A stretch of 64,000 nucleotides of DNA from Planctomycetota bacterium (GTDB lineage Bacteria > Planctomycetota > UBA1135 > GCA-002686595): assembly GCA_046349615.1 (NCBI GenBank), contig JAXMBZ010000005.1, positions 49,785 to 113,784 on the forward strand, in the 5' to 3' direction. Positions 1 to 8,980 of the stretch are shown in pieces. The translations under genes were made by a program, and so were the position numbers. The stretch's first letter is position 1, and each line of letters begins with the position of its first letter. The notes under the pieces were generated by a model that did no database searches, had not been told where the DNA came from, and saw only the letters and a list, made by a program, of their open reading frames with translations.

Positions 1-600
1 GGCGCGGCCGACGTCTACGGGACGAACCCGACGACGTGCCAGCCCGACGGCATCCCGGACAGCTGTCAGCCCGCGCCCGACTGCGATCACGATGGACTGC
101 CGGATGCGTGCGAGCTCGCGGCGGGAGCGGTCGACCGCTACGGCGTGAACCCGCGCACGTGCCAACCCGACGGCATCCCGGACTCGTGCCAGCCCGAGGC
201 GGACTGCAACCTCGACGGCATCCCGGACCACTGCGAGATCGAAGCGGGAGCGCCGGACTGCGACGGGAACAAGCTCCCCGATGCCTGTCAGCCCGACTGC
301 AACGGCGACGGCACGCCCGACACCTGCGAACCGGACTGCGATCACGACGGGACGCCGGACGCGTGCGAGCCGCTCCAACTCGACTGCAACGCGAACGGAA
401 TCCTCGACGAGTGCGACCTGCTCGACCCGAGCCGAGTCGACTGCGACGCGGACGGCCGACTCGACGAATGCCAGACGGACTGCGACGGCAACGAGTTGCC
501 GGACACCTGCGATATCGCGCTCGCTCCGGAGAAGGACCGCGACGGCGACGGGATCCTCGACGCGTGCCAGTGTCAGGAAGTGAACCGCCGCGTTCCGGGT
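1..600 (+). repeat. Tandem 36-39-nt coding repeats within the 1..1476 gene. Each encodes a DC(D/N)x(D/N)GxPDxC(E/Q) unit.
   Basis: Near-identical nucleotide blocks recur, e.g. tgccagcccgacggcatcccggac at about nt 38 and about nt 158. The protein-level periodicity is visible in the ORF translation. Confidence 0.6.
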
Positions 601-1476
601 AGCCTGCTGCTCTATCCGGAGTACGACAACCGCACCGCGGACACGACGTTGATCTCGTGCACGAACGTGCTGTCGACGGCGGTCGAGGTCCACTTCAAGT
701 TCGTCGACGGAACGTCGTGCCTCGAGTTCGACTTCCGCCGCACGCTGACGCCGAACGACACGCTCACGTTCCTGACGAGCTTCGTGAACCCGAACTCGAC
801 CCAGGGTTACGTGTACGCGTATGCGCAGGATCCGACGACGCACACTCCGATCGTGCACAACGGTCTGATCGGTCAGGTCGTCGCGCTGCAGGGACTCGAG
901 GGCATCGGCCACTCGTTCGATGCCGTGACGTTCCGCGGCATCGGCGACGGCGTGGTCACGGACCTCGACGGCGACGGGCACCGCGACCTGAACGGTCTCG
1001 AGTACTCCGGCGCGCCGGAGGAGATCCTGATCCCGCGCTTCCTCGGTCAGGACGTCACGCCGCGGAGCGAGCTCGTGCTCATCGCGCTCTCCGGCGGACG
1101 TGCGTTCACGACGACGCTCGACTTCGCGATCTTCAACGACAACGAGGAGCCGTTCTCGGCGCAGTACACGTTCCAGTGCTGGGAGCGCGTCCCGCTGCCG
1201 GCGATCTCCGGCGTCTTCGACCAGGACTTCCTGGCGATGGCGACCGCGCAGGACCCGAACGAGATCCTCGGCCAAGCCACCAAGGAAGCGGGATGGATGA
1301 AGCTCGACGGCAACGTCGCGCAGTCCAGCGTGAAGGAGATCACGGACCCTGCGTTCTACGCGGTGCTCATCGAGCGCTCGGGCCCGCTCGCCGCATCCGA
1401 CCTGCCGTTCGAGCTGTGCGAGCAGAAGAACGGCTCGCTCCTGCCGCTCGCTCTGACGGGGGACAACGAAGACTAG
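1..1476 (+). CDS. Secreted Cys/Asp-rich tandem-repeat protein, 5' end outside the window. Calcium-binding-like repeats of pattern DCxxDGxPDxC[EQ] are followed by a ~290-aa C-terminal domain.
   Basis: Frame 1 is open from nt 1 and continues the same repeat (GTNPTTCQPDGIPDSCQP...) into ORF 145..1476. There are at least eight 12-13-aa repeats. Amino-acid composition is diverse after the repeats. Stop at 1474-1476. Confidence 0.6.
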   Translation, partial: GAADVYGTNPTTCQPDGIPDSCQPAPDCDHDGLPDACELAAGAVDRYGVNPRTCQPDGIPDSCQPEADCNLDGIPDHCEIEAGAPDCDGNKLPDACQPDCNGDGTPDTCEPDCDHDGTPDACEPLQLDCNANGILDECDLLDPSRVDCDADGRLDECQTDCDGNELPDTCDIALAPEKDRDGDGILDACQCQEVNRRVPGSLLLYPEYDNRTADTTLISCTNVLSTAVEVHFKFVDGTSCLEFDFRRTLTPNDTLTFLTSFVNPNSTQGYVYAYAQDPTTHTPIVHNGLIGQVVALQGLEGIGHSFDAVTFRGIGDGVVTDLDGDGHRDLNGLEYSGAPEEILIPRFLGQDVTPRSELVLIALSGGRAFTTTLDFAIFNDNEEPFSAQYTFQCWERVPLPAISGVFDQDFLAMATAQDPNEILGQATKEAGWMKLDGNVAQSSVKEITDPAFYAVLIERSGPLAASDLPFELCEQKNGSLLPLALTGDNED

Positions 1477-1551
1477 TCACGTGGCCCGGTGCAACGGGGC
1501 GAGGCCGCGGAGGCGACTCCGCGGCCTCGCGTTTTTCGAAGGAGAATCGGC

Positions 1552-2574
1552 TCAGACCGCGTGCACGGGACCCGCGCCGCGCGCCGCGGCTTCGAGCGTG
1601 CGACGCACGTACACCGGGACCATCGCGCGGCGCCAATCCGCGTCGCCGGGGACGTTCGGCATCGGGTGCGCTTGACGCTGGGCCTGCTCCGCGACCGCGC
1701 GCGCGGCGGGCTCGAACTCCGCGCCGTCCGTGCGTGCGCCGCGCAGGAGCTCGCTCGCGCGCTTCACCCGCACGGGCCGCGCTTGGAGCGCCGTGAGCAC
1801 GACGTCCGCGTCGGTGACGACGCTCTTCGCGTCGAGCTCGAGCCGGACGGCGACGCCCAGCAGGGGGAAGTCGATCGATGCGCGATCGCGCAGCTTCCCG
1901 TACGCGCCGCGATGCCCCGCGGCGGTGGGGGGGAGGCGCACCTCGACGAGCACCTCGTCGGCTCCGCACTTCTTGTTCGCGGCGCCGTCGGCGAGCCAGA
2001 GGTCGTCGATCGGCACCACGCGACGTCCGCCGGAGCCGACGAAGAGGAGCTCCGCGCGCAGCGTCATCAGCGCCGGCGCCGTGTCGTTCGAGGCCGCGGC
2101 GACGCACTTGGAGCCGCCCTCGACGACGTGGCACTTCGTGCCGTCCTTCTTGAGGCAGAAGCCGAGCGCCTGCCGCCAGAAGTACGATTGGTTGTACCAC
2201 TGGCAGCGCGTGTCGAGCAGCACGTTGCCGCCGAGCGTGCCCATCGTGCGCAGCTGCGGACCCGCGACGAGTCCGGCCGCCTGCGCGAGCGCGGGCGCAT
2301 GGGCGCGCACGCGTTCGCTCGCCGCGACGTCCGCGAGCGAGGTCGTCGCGCCGATGCGCAGCCAGCCCGCACCCGCGTCGCCGATCCCGTGGAGCGCGTC
2401 GATGCGCGCGAGCGAGACGAGCACGCGCGGCGACAGGAGCTCGTGCTTCAAGTTCGGCAGGAGGTCCGTGCCGCCCGCGACGACGCGCGCGTCGGCGCCG
2501 AACTCCGCGAGCAATGCGACGGCCTCGTCGAGCGTCGTCGGAGTGCGCACTTCGAACTTCGGGAGCCGCAGCAT
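1552..2574 (-). CDS. Xanthine dehydrogenase / CO dehydrogenase family, FAD-binding (medium, CoxM/XdhB-like) subunit.
   Basis: The last 340 aa of ORF 1552..4917 (MLRLPKFEVRTPTTLDEA...AGGTDLLPNLK...) are typical of the FAD-binding molybdopterin-dehydrogenase subunit. Its ATG overlaps the stop of the upstream large subunit (ATGA). Confidence 0.8.
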   Translation of the reverse strand: MLRLPKFEVRTPTTLDEAVALLAEFGADARVVAGGTDLLPNLKHELLSPRVLVSLARIDALHGIGDAGAGWLRIGATTSLADVAASERVRAHAPALAQAAGLVAGPQLRTMGTLGGNVLLDTRCQWYNQSYFWRQALGFCLKKDGTKCHVVEGGSKCVAAASNDTAPALMTLRAELLFVGSGGRRVVPIDDLWLADGAANKKCGADEVLVEVRLPPTAAGHRGAYGKLRDRASIDFPLLGVAVRLELDAKSVVTDADVVLTALQARPVRVKRASELLRGARTDGAEFEPAARAVAEQAQRQAHPMPNVPGDADWRRAMVPVYVRRTLEAAARGAGPVHAV

Positions 2575-4952
2575 CAGGCGCGACCTCCGGCGTGCGCGGC
2601 CTCGCGCTGGCGCTTCTCGGCGAGCGCGCGCAGGACCTTCGCGGGCGTGAAGGGGAGCTCGCGCAGTCGGATGCCGACCGCGTCGAACACGGCGTTCGAG
2701 AGCGCGGGGAGCGACGGATGCAGCGGACCCTCGCCCGCTTCCTTCGCGCCGTAGGGACCTTCGGGGTCGAGGCTCTCGACGATCAACGCCGCGAGCTCGG
2801 GCGTGTCGACCGAGGTCGGCAGGCGGTAGTCGAGCAGCGACGGTCCCGCGTGCAGGCCGAAGCGGTTGACGCCGTGCTCCTCGAGCAGCGCCTCGGCGAT
2901 GCCCATGTAGGCGGAGCCTTCCATCTGGCCCGCGACGAGCATCGGGTTCAGCGCGCGGCCGCAGTCGTGCGCGATCCACACCTTGTGACACGTGATGCGG
3001 CCCGTCTCGACGTCGACCGAGACCTCGACGACGTGCGCGGTGAACGAGTACGCGGGCGACGCGCCGATCGTGCCGCCGCGGTAGTCGCCGCCGAGCGTCG
3101 GCGTGTTGTAGGAACCGGTGCTGCCGAGCGTGTCGCAGTGCGCTTCGGCGATCTGGAACGCCTCCGCCGTCGTGATGCAGCGTTCGGTGCTCTCGCGATC
3201 GAACACCTTTCCCCCGCGCATGAGGACGCGCTCCGGCGCGACCTGCCATTCCTTCGCGACGGCGCCGACGATCTGCGCGCGGAGCTTGCGCGCGGCGTCG
3301 ATCGTGGCGTTGCCGACCATGAACGTGACGCGCGAGGAGTACGCGCCGAGGTCGACGGGCACGAGGTCCGTGTCCGCGGCGACGACGCGCACGTCGGCGA
3401 CGTCCATGCCGAGCTCCTCCGCCACGATGTACGCGACGACGGAGTTCGAGCCCTGACCGATGTCGTTGCCGCCGGTGAACACGGTGACGCGGCCGGAGCG
3501 CTCGACGGCGAGCTGCACGCCCGACTGCGGCATCTTGTTCGGGTAGACGGGGTAGTTCGTGCCCGAGATGTACATCGAGCCCGCGACGCCCAAGCCGCGC
3601 CCGAATCCGAGCTTCGCGCGGCGCGCCCTCCATCCGCTCGCTCGCTCGACTTCGTCGAGGCACGTGAGGAAGCCGTTCGACGTGATGCGCTGGCCGTTGA
3701 CGGTGCGCGTGAAGTCGCCTTGGAAATTGCGGCGGCGGAGCTCGATCGGATCGAGCGCGAGCCTTTCCGCGAGCTCGTCGAGCTGCACTTCGAACGCGAA
3801 CCGCGGCTGCACGGAGCCGTGCCCGCGCTTGGGTCCGCACGGCGGCTTGTTCGTGAAGACGCGCGTCGAGTCGAAGCGGTAGTTCGGGAAGTGGTACGGG
3901 CCCGTGAGGAGCTGGCCCGAGTAGTACGTCGTCACGAGGCCGAACGAGCTGTACGAGCCGCCGTCGATCAGGATCCTCGCGTCGACCGCGGTGATCCTGC
4001 CGTCCTTCGACGCGCCCGTCTTGTAGTGGAGCTGCATCGGGTGGCGGCCGCGATGGCAGTAGAAGACCTCTTCGCGCGTGTAGAGCATCTTCACCGGCCG
4101 CCCGGTGAGCATCGCGAGCTTCGCGACGCAGAACTCGAGGCTGAACGGGTCGCTCTTCCCGCCAAACGCGCCGCCGAGCGCGGGCTGGACGACGCGGATC
4201 TTCTGGATCGGGAGCCCGAGCACTTTCGCCAGCGCGCGGTGCACGTAGTGAGTGATCTGCGTCGACGACCAGACCGTGAGGAGGCCTTCCGCCGTGTACT
4301 GCGCGAGCGCGCAGTGCGGTTCGATCGCGGCGTGCGTCGTTCCGTGGAAGACGTAGTCGCCCTCGAGCACGACCTCGGCCGCCGCGAGCGCCGCGTCGAC
4401 GTCGCCGAACGCGAGGTCGACGTGCTTGCTCACGTTGCCCGTCTTCGAGTCCTCGTGGATCCTCGGCTCGGGGCGGACGAGCGACTCCTTCGGATCGAGG
4501 AACGCGTGGAGCGGTTCGTACTCGACGTGGATCAGCTTCAGCGCGGCGTTCGCGGTGTCCTCGTCGATCGCGGCGACGGCGGCGACGGCGTCGCCGATGA
4601 AGCGCACCTTGCCGAGCGCGAGCGCGTTCTCGTCCTGCGTCCACGGGATGACGCCGTACTTGACCGGCAGGTCCGCGCCGGTGATCACCGCGTGCACGCC
4701 GGGGAGCGCGCGCGCCTTCGACGCGTCGATCGAGACGATCTTCGCGTGCGCGTGCGGGCTGCGCAGCGTCTTCGCGTGCAGCATGCCGGGCAGCACGAGG
4801 TCGTCCGCGTACTGCGCGCGGCCGGTCGCCTTCGCGAGCCCGTCGACCTTGCGGTGGGGCTTGCCGACGACCTCGAACGCGCGGTTCTCCTTCGCTCCGG
4901 GCGCGGCGTCGCCCCACGGGGCGCCGATGCCGTGTTGGTCGCGTGCGGCCAT
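2574..4952 (-). CDS. Xanthine dehydrogenase family molybdopterin-binding large subunit (aldehyde-oxidase / CoxL-like, with non-canonical active-site loop).
   Basis: The 792-aa ORF contains GGAFGGK and the hammerhead and Mo-binding regions. It lacks the CODH AYxCSFR and AYRGAGR active-site motifs, so the substrate is unknown. Confidence 0.85.
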   Translation of the reverse strand: MAARDQHGIGAPWGDAAPGAKENRAFEVVGKPHRKVDGLAKATGRAQYADDLVLPGMLHAKTLRSPHAHAKIVSIDASKARALPGVHAVITGADLPVKYGVIPWTQDENALALGKVRFIGDAVAAVAAIDEDTANAALKLIHVEYEPLHAFLDPKESLVRPEPRIHEDSKTGNVSKHVDLAFGDVDAALAAAEVVLEGDYVFHGTTHAAIEPHCALAQYTAEGLLTVWSSTQITHYVHRALAKVLGLPIQKIRVVQPALGGAFGGKSDPFSLEFCVAKLAMLTGRPVKMLYTREEVFYCHRGRHPMQLHYKTGASKDGRITAVDARILIDGGSYSSFGLVTTYYSGQLLTGPYHFPNYRFDSTRVFTNKPPCGPKRGHGSVQPRFAFEVQLDELAERLALDPIELRRRNFQGDFTRTVNGQRITSNGFLTCLDEVERASGWRARRAKLGFGRGLGVAGSMYISGTNYPVYPNKMPQSGVQLAVERSGRVTVFTGGNDIGQGSNSVVAYIVAEELGMDVADVRVVAADTDLVPVDLGAYSSRVTFMVGNATIDAARKLRAQIVGAVAKEWQVAPERVLMRGGKVFDRESTERCITTAEAFQIAEAHCDTLGSTGSYNTPTLGGDYRGGTIGASPAYSFTAHVVEVSVDVETGRITCHKVWIAHDCGRALNPMLVAGQMEGSAYMGIAEALLEEHGVNRFGLHAGPSLLDYRLPTSVDTPELAALIVESLDPEGPYGAKEAGEGPLHPSLPALSNAVFDAVGIRLRELPFTPAKVLRALAEKRQREAAHAGGRA

Positions 4953-4953
4953 G

Positions 4954-5601
4954 TCAGCGCGGCTCCTTCGGGGGCGTGTCGTGCGTGCACGACCGAGTCG
5001 CGGCGCACCCGCCGTGCTCGCGCGCCTGCGCGACGGCCGCGGCGTGCTCGCGCGCGCGCCGCTCGGCCTCGGCGGGGGAGAGGCGCTGTTCTTCCCACGC
5101 GCGCGGCGCGGGCGCGACGCCGACGTGCTTCGCGACGGCGAGCTCGACGGCCTCGACGATCTGCGTGTAGCCCGTGCAGCGGCACAGGTTGCCCGCGAGC
5201 GCCTCGCGGATCTCCGCGCGCGTCGGACACGCGTTGCGGTCGAGCAGCGCGCGCGCGGAGAGCATCATCCCGGGCTGGCAGAAGCCGCACTGGAGCGCGC
5301 CGCACTCGTCGAACGCGGCCTGCACCGGATCGGGGCCCGTGCCGCCGCGCTTCACGTGCGCGGGCATCAAGCCCTCGATCGTCGTCACGGCGCGGCCTTC
5401 GCAGAGCGCGGCGAGCGTCAAGCACGCGAGCACCGGCTTGCCGTCGACGAGCACCGTGCACGCGCCGCAGTCGCCCTTGTCGCAGCCCTGCTTCGAGCCC
5501 GTGAGGCCGAGCTCGTAGCGCAGCACCTCGAGCAACGTCCAGTGCTCGGGCGCGGCGACGTCGAGCGCGTCGCCGTTGATCACGAGGTGGAGGACGCGCA
5601 T
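4954..5601 (-). CDS. [2Fe-2S] ferredoxin small subunit of the molybdenum hydroxylase (CoxS/XdhA-like).
   Basis: The two 2Fe-2S cysteine clusters are present: CDKGDCGAC plus C..C at the plant-ferredoxin-type site, and QCGFCQPG...CRCTGY at the second site. It sits 1 nt upstream of the large subunit. Confidence 0.85.
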   Translation of the reverse strand: MRVLHLVINGDALDVAAPEHWTLLEVLRYELGLTGSKQGCDKGDCGACTVLVDGKPVLACLTLAALCEGRAVTTIEGLMPAHVKRGGTGPDPVQAAFDECGALQCGFCQPGMMLSARALLDRNACPTRAEIREALAGNLCRCTGYTQIVEAVELAVAKHVGVAPAPRAWEEQRLSPAEAERRAREHAAAVAQAREHGGCAATRSCTHDTPPKEPR

Positions 5602-5617
5602 GGTCGGGACCTCGCGC

Positions 5618-6484
5618 TCAGGAGCAGAGGAGCACGGACAGCTTGCGCCGGTACTGCTTCGTCAGCGGGTGCTCCTCGCCGAGCACGCCGAACGCGTCGA
5701 CGAGCGCCTTCTTCGGCGCGCCGCCTTCGAACCCGACGTCGAGCTGCGCCGCGCTCCAGAGCTCCTCGAGCGCGCGCTCGTTCTGGCGCGCCGCGAGCAG
5801 GCCGCGACCGAACGCGAGTCGCGCGCCGACGTCCTTCGGCTGCTTCTTCGCGGCCGCTTCGAGCGCGGCGAGGTCGCCCGCCTGCGCGGCGAGGTCGAGC
5901 AGGCTCTTCGCGACCTTCGCGGGCGCGCTCTCCTTCACCTCGTCGGGGAGTCCGTCGTGGAGCTTCTTCGCCTCGTCGGTGCGGCCCGAGAGCGCGCAGA
6001 GTCGCGCGAGCTCGGCGCGCGCGTTCGCGTCGCCGCCGCCCATGACGACGTGCGTGCGCAGGTGGATCACGGCCTTCTCGAGGTCGCCCTGCTTCTCGTA
6101 CTCGAGCGCTTCGGCGACCGGGTCCGCGGCCTTCTTCGCGCCGACGCCGTGGCGCGCGAGGAGTTCGCGGATCTTCGACTCGGGCTGCGCGCCGACGAAG
6201 CCGTCGACGACCTGACCGCCGCTCACGAGCACGACCGTCGGCACGCTTTGGACGCCGAACATGTCGGCGAGTTCGGCGTTCCTGTCGATGTCGATCTTCG
6301 CGAGCACGAACGCGCCCGCGTACTCCCCGGCGAGCTTCTCGAGCACCGGCCCGAGCGTCTTGCACGGCCCGCACCACGTCGCCCAGAAGTCGACGAGCAC
6401 GGGCGTTTCGAGGGAGCGCTGGACGACCTCCTTCTCGAAGGTCTGGGGCGTGATTTCGAGGACCGGGGCCGTCGGCAGGTTCAT
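5618..6484 (-). CDS. Thioredoxin fused to a TPR-like C-terminal domain (YbbN/CnoX-like chaperedoxin).
   Basis: The WCGPC active site lies in the N-terminal thioredoxin fold. The C-terminal helical repeats are TPR-like. It ends 17 nt upstream of coxS on the same strand. Confidence 0.8.
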   Translation of the reverse strand: MNLPTAPVLEITPQTFEKEVVQRSLETPVLVDFWATWCGPCKTLGPVLEKLAGEYAGAFVLAKIDIDRNAELADMFGVQSVPTVVLVSGGQVVDGFVGAQPESKIRELLARHGVGAKKAADPVAEALEYEKQGDLEKAVIHLRTHVVMGGGDANARAELARLCALSGRTDEAKKLHDGLPDEVKESAPAKVAKSLLDLAAQAGDLAALEAAAKKQPKDVGARLAFGRGLLAARQNERALEELWSAAQLDVGFEGGAPKKALVDAFGVLGEEHPLTKQYRRKLSVLLCS

Positions 6485-6601
6485 GGTGTCTCCTCGTCGC
6501 GGGGGGCAAGAAGCCTAACGACGATCGCGCGCGGGATCGAGCCCGGGCGGCGTTCCGCGCGGGCTTCGACCCGGAACGGGAGCGCGCCCACCGCGGACGG
6601 T

Positions 6602-8695
6602 TCAGCCGTCCTTCTTCGCCTCCGGATCGGCGTAGTCGAGCTCCCACGCCGGCATCGCGCCGCCCGGGCCCTGCAGGTAGTGCGCGAACCACTGGTGCAT
6701 GCGGAGCGAGTAGTCGAACTTCGCCGCGCACTTGCGGTTGCCGTGGCCCTCGCCGGGATAGAGGACGAGGCGCACCGGCGCCTTCCCGCGCAGCTTCAAG
6801 TGCCGGTAGAGCTCGCGCGACTGGCCCGGGTTGACGCGCGGGTCGTCCTTCCCGTGCAGGATCAGGAGCGGCGTCTTCGCGTCGCCCGCGTAGCGGATCG
6901 GCGAGCGGTCGAGGAAGAAGTTCCAGTCGTCCCACACGCGGTGGCGCGCGTGCACGAGGAACTCCTCGTTCGGGATGTCCGTCGTGCCGAGCTTGCTGAT
7001 CTTGTCGCTGATGCCGACGAACATGACGCCGGCCGCGAAGCGCTCGCTGAAGCGCGTCGAGCACCACGCCGTCGCGTAGCCGCCGTAGCTCCCGCCCGTC
7101 ACGCCGACCTTCTTCGCGTCGACGAGGCCCTTCGCGACGAGGTGGTCGACCGCGTCGACGAGGTCGTCGAACTCCTTGCCCGCGGGATCGCCCTGGCTGA
7201 GCATGCTGAACGCGACGCCGCGCCCCGTGCTTCCGCGGTAGTTCGGGTGGAACACCGCGAAGCCGCGCGCGGCGGCGACTTGTCCGGGCTTCGCGTAGGC
7301 GGTCTGCCAGCCGTTCTGCTCGTGCGCTTCGGGGCCGCCGTGCACGTAGAGGATCAGCGGATAGCGCGTGCCCGCGACCTCGTCGAGCGGGTGGATCAGG
7401 ACGCCCTGGAGCTCGAGCCCGTCGCGCGCCTTCCACGTGATCGTCTCCTGCTTCGCGAGCCGCTCGTTCGCGAACCACGGGTTCGAATCCGTGCGGCGCG
7501 CGGGCGCGGTCTCGCCGTGGCTCATCGTGAAGAGCTCGGGCGGATGCGTCGGCGCGCTCGCCACGAACGCGGCGTGCTGGCCGTCCTCGGAGAGCGACAC
7601 CTGCGTCATCACGTTCGTGCCGGCCGCGACGAGCGTCTTCCATTCGCCTCCGGCGGCAGGGACCTTCTCGAAGCTCGTCTCCGTGCCGCGGCTGACGACG
7701 GCGAGGAGGTCCGTCGGGGACGTCCACGCGAACGCGTCGACGTCGAGCGCCTTCCCCGCGGTGAGCTCGACGGGCTGTCCGCCGCTCGCCGGGCCGACGA
7801 AGAGGCGCGTCGCGCTCGGGTCGTGCACGTCGGCGCCGCCGAGGAACGCGACCTGCTTCCCGTCCGGACTCCAGTCGAGCTCGCCGAGCTTCCCTTCGTG
7901 CGCGAAGCGTGCGAGCTCCTGGCCCGACGCCGCGTCGACGACCTTCACCGTCTGCGCCATGTACTGGTCGTCGACGAGCGGTGTCGGCGCCGTGGAAACG
8001 AGCAGCGTCTCGTTCGTCGGGTTCCAGCGCACTTGATGCACGTGTCCGTCGATCGCGAGCGCGTGGGGCTTCGCGCTCTCGTCGAAGAGCGTCGCGACGA
8101 AGACGCGCTGGACCTTCGCGTCCTCCTCGTAGATCTCCTGGGTGAAGCCCTTCTCCTTCGCCTTCTTGCGCGCGTCGGCGTCGGGCTCCGTCGCGAGGAA
8201 CGCGACGCGTTTGCCGTCGCTCGCGAAGGAGTACGCGCCGACGCCCGTGTTCCACGCGACGGCCTTGCGCGCTTCGCCGCCGCCGATCGGGAGCGCATAG
8301 AGCGAGCTCGCCTTGTCGTCGCCGCGCTTCTGCGTGAACGTGATCGCGGAAGAGTCCGGCAGCCACGCGACGTTCGCGACGTCGGTCTTGCCCGAGACGT
8401 AGGCGCGCGGCGCGCTCCCGCCGCCCTCGCGCGCGACGACCCAGAGCTCGCTCCAGTTCGGCCCGTCGTCGTCGGTCATCGGTGCGCGCGGGACCGAGAG
8501 CGTGTACGCGATCCACTTCCCGTCCGGCGAGACGGCCGTGCCGGTCACGGCGCGCACGCGGGCGACGTCGAACGGCGTCCACACGGAGGTCGGAGCGAGC
8601 GCGTTCTCCGCGGAGGCAGGGCGCGGCGCCGCGGCCCAGACGGGGAGCGTGAGGAGAACGAGGGTCGACAGGATGAGTGTGCGCGCGTGCTTCAC
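6602..8695 (-). CDS. Secreted S9 family serine peptidase (prolyl-oligopeptidase / acylaminoacyl-peptidase type) with N-terminal beta-propeller.
   Basis: The C-terminal part of the long minus ORF contains a signal peptide (VKHARTLILSTLVLLTLPVWAAA), the GGSYGG nucleophile elbow, and Asp/His catalytic regions (HGKDDPRV, GEGHG). A GTG start was chosen at the signal peptide. Confidence 0.8.
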   Translation of the reverse strand: MKHARTLILSTLVLLTLPVWAAAPRPASAENALAPTSVWTPFDVARVRAVTGTAVSPDGKWIAYTLSVPRAPMTDDDGPNWSELWVVAREGGGSAPRAYVSGKTDVANVAWLPDSSAITFTQKRGDDKASSLYALPIGGGEARKAVAWNTGVGAYSFASDGKRVAFLATEPDADARKKAKEKGFTQEIYEEDAKVQRVFVATLFDESAKPHALAIDGHVHQVRWNPTNETLLVSTAPTPLVDDQYMAQTVKVVDAASGQELARFAHEGKLGELDWSPDGKQVAFLGGADVHDPSATRLFVGPASGGQPVELTAGKALDVDAFAWTSPTDLLAVVSRGTETSFEKVPAAGGEWKTLVAAGTNVMTQVSLSEDGQHAAFVASAPTHPPELFTMSHGETAPARRTDSNPWFANERLAKQETITWKARDGLELQGVLIHPLDEVAGTRYPLILYVHGGPEAHEQNGWQTAYAKPGQVAAARGFAVFHPNYRGSTGRGVAFSMLSQGDPAGKEFDDLVDAVDHLVAKGLVDAKKVGVTGGSYGGYATAWCSTRFSERFAAGVMFVGISDKISKLGTTDIPNEEFLVHARHRVWDDWNFFLDRSPIRYAGDAKTPLLILHGKDDPRVNPGQSRELYRHLKLRGKAPVRLVLYPGEGHGNRKCAAKFDYSLRMHQWFAHYLQGPGGAMPAWELDYADPEAKKDG

Positions 8696-8980
8696 GGGGG
8701 CTCCGAGGCGGGGGACGGGGTGCGGGATTGTTCCGTCGCACGCGCGTCCTGCCAAGCGCGGCCGGTCCGGGGCACGCCGCGGGCTGGGGTGGAACGTCCT
8801 TCCGCGTGGCGGGCTCGTGTTCGCGCGGACTCGTCGGCTCGGCCGCGTCGTCGGAGCGCGCCTCGAGCGCGGCTCCCGGGGACACGAGCCCTCCGGATCG
8901 TCAACTCGAAACGTCGCGGCCTCCGCACGAACCTCGCGTGAGAGTCGTACGCAGGCCGATACGAAGCGAACCGTTCCCGC

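Noticed and set aside
36-602. Alternative-frame ORFs (36..602, 281..583, 657..1796) overlapping the repeat-protein gene
   Set aside because: Frame 1 carries the periodic Cys/Asp repeat and a globular domain. The others are Arg- or Thr-rich shadows of it.
5576-8941. 1121-aa and 1101-aa Arg/Ala-rich ORFs on both strands spanning the thioredoxin and S9 peptidase genes
   Set aside because: Their low-complexity Arg/Ala/Gly/Pro composition is typical of out-of-frame or antisense reading in ~70% GC DNA. The real genes (thioredoxin, S9 peptidase) occupy these coordinates in other frames.
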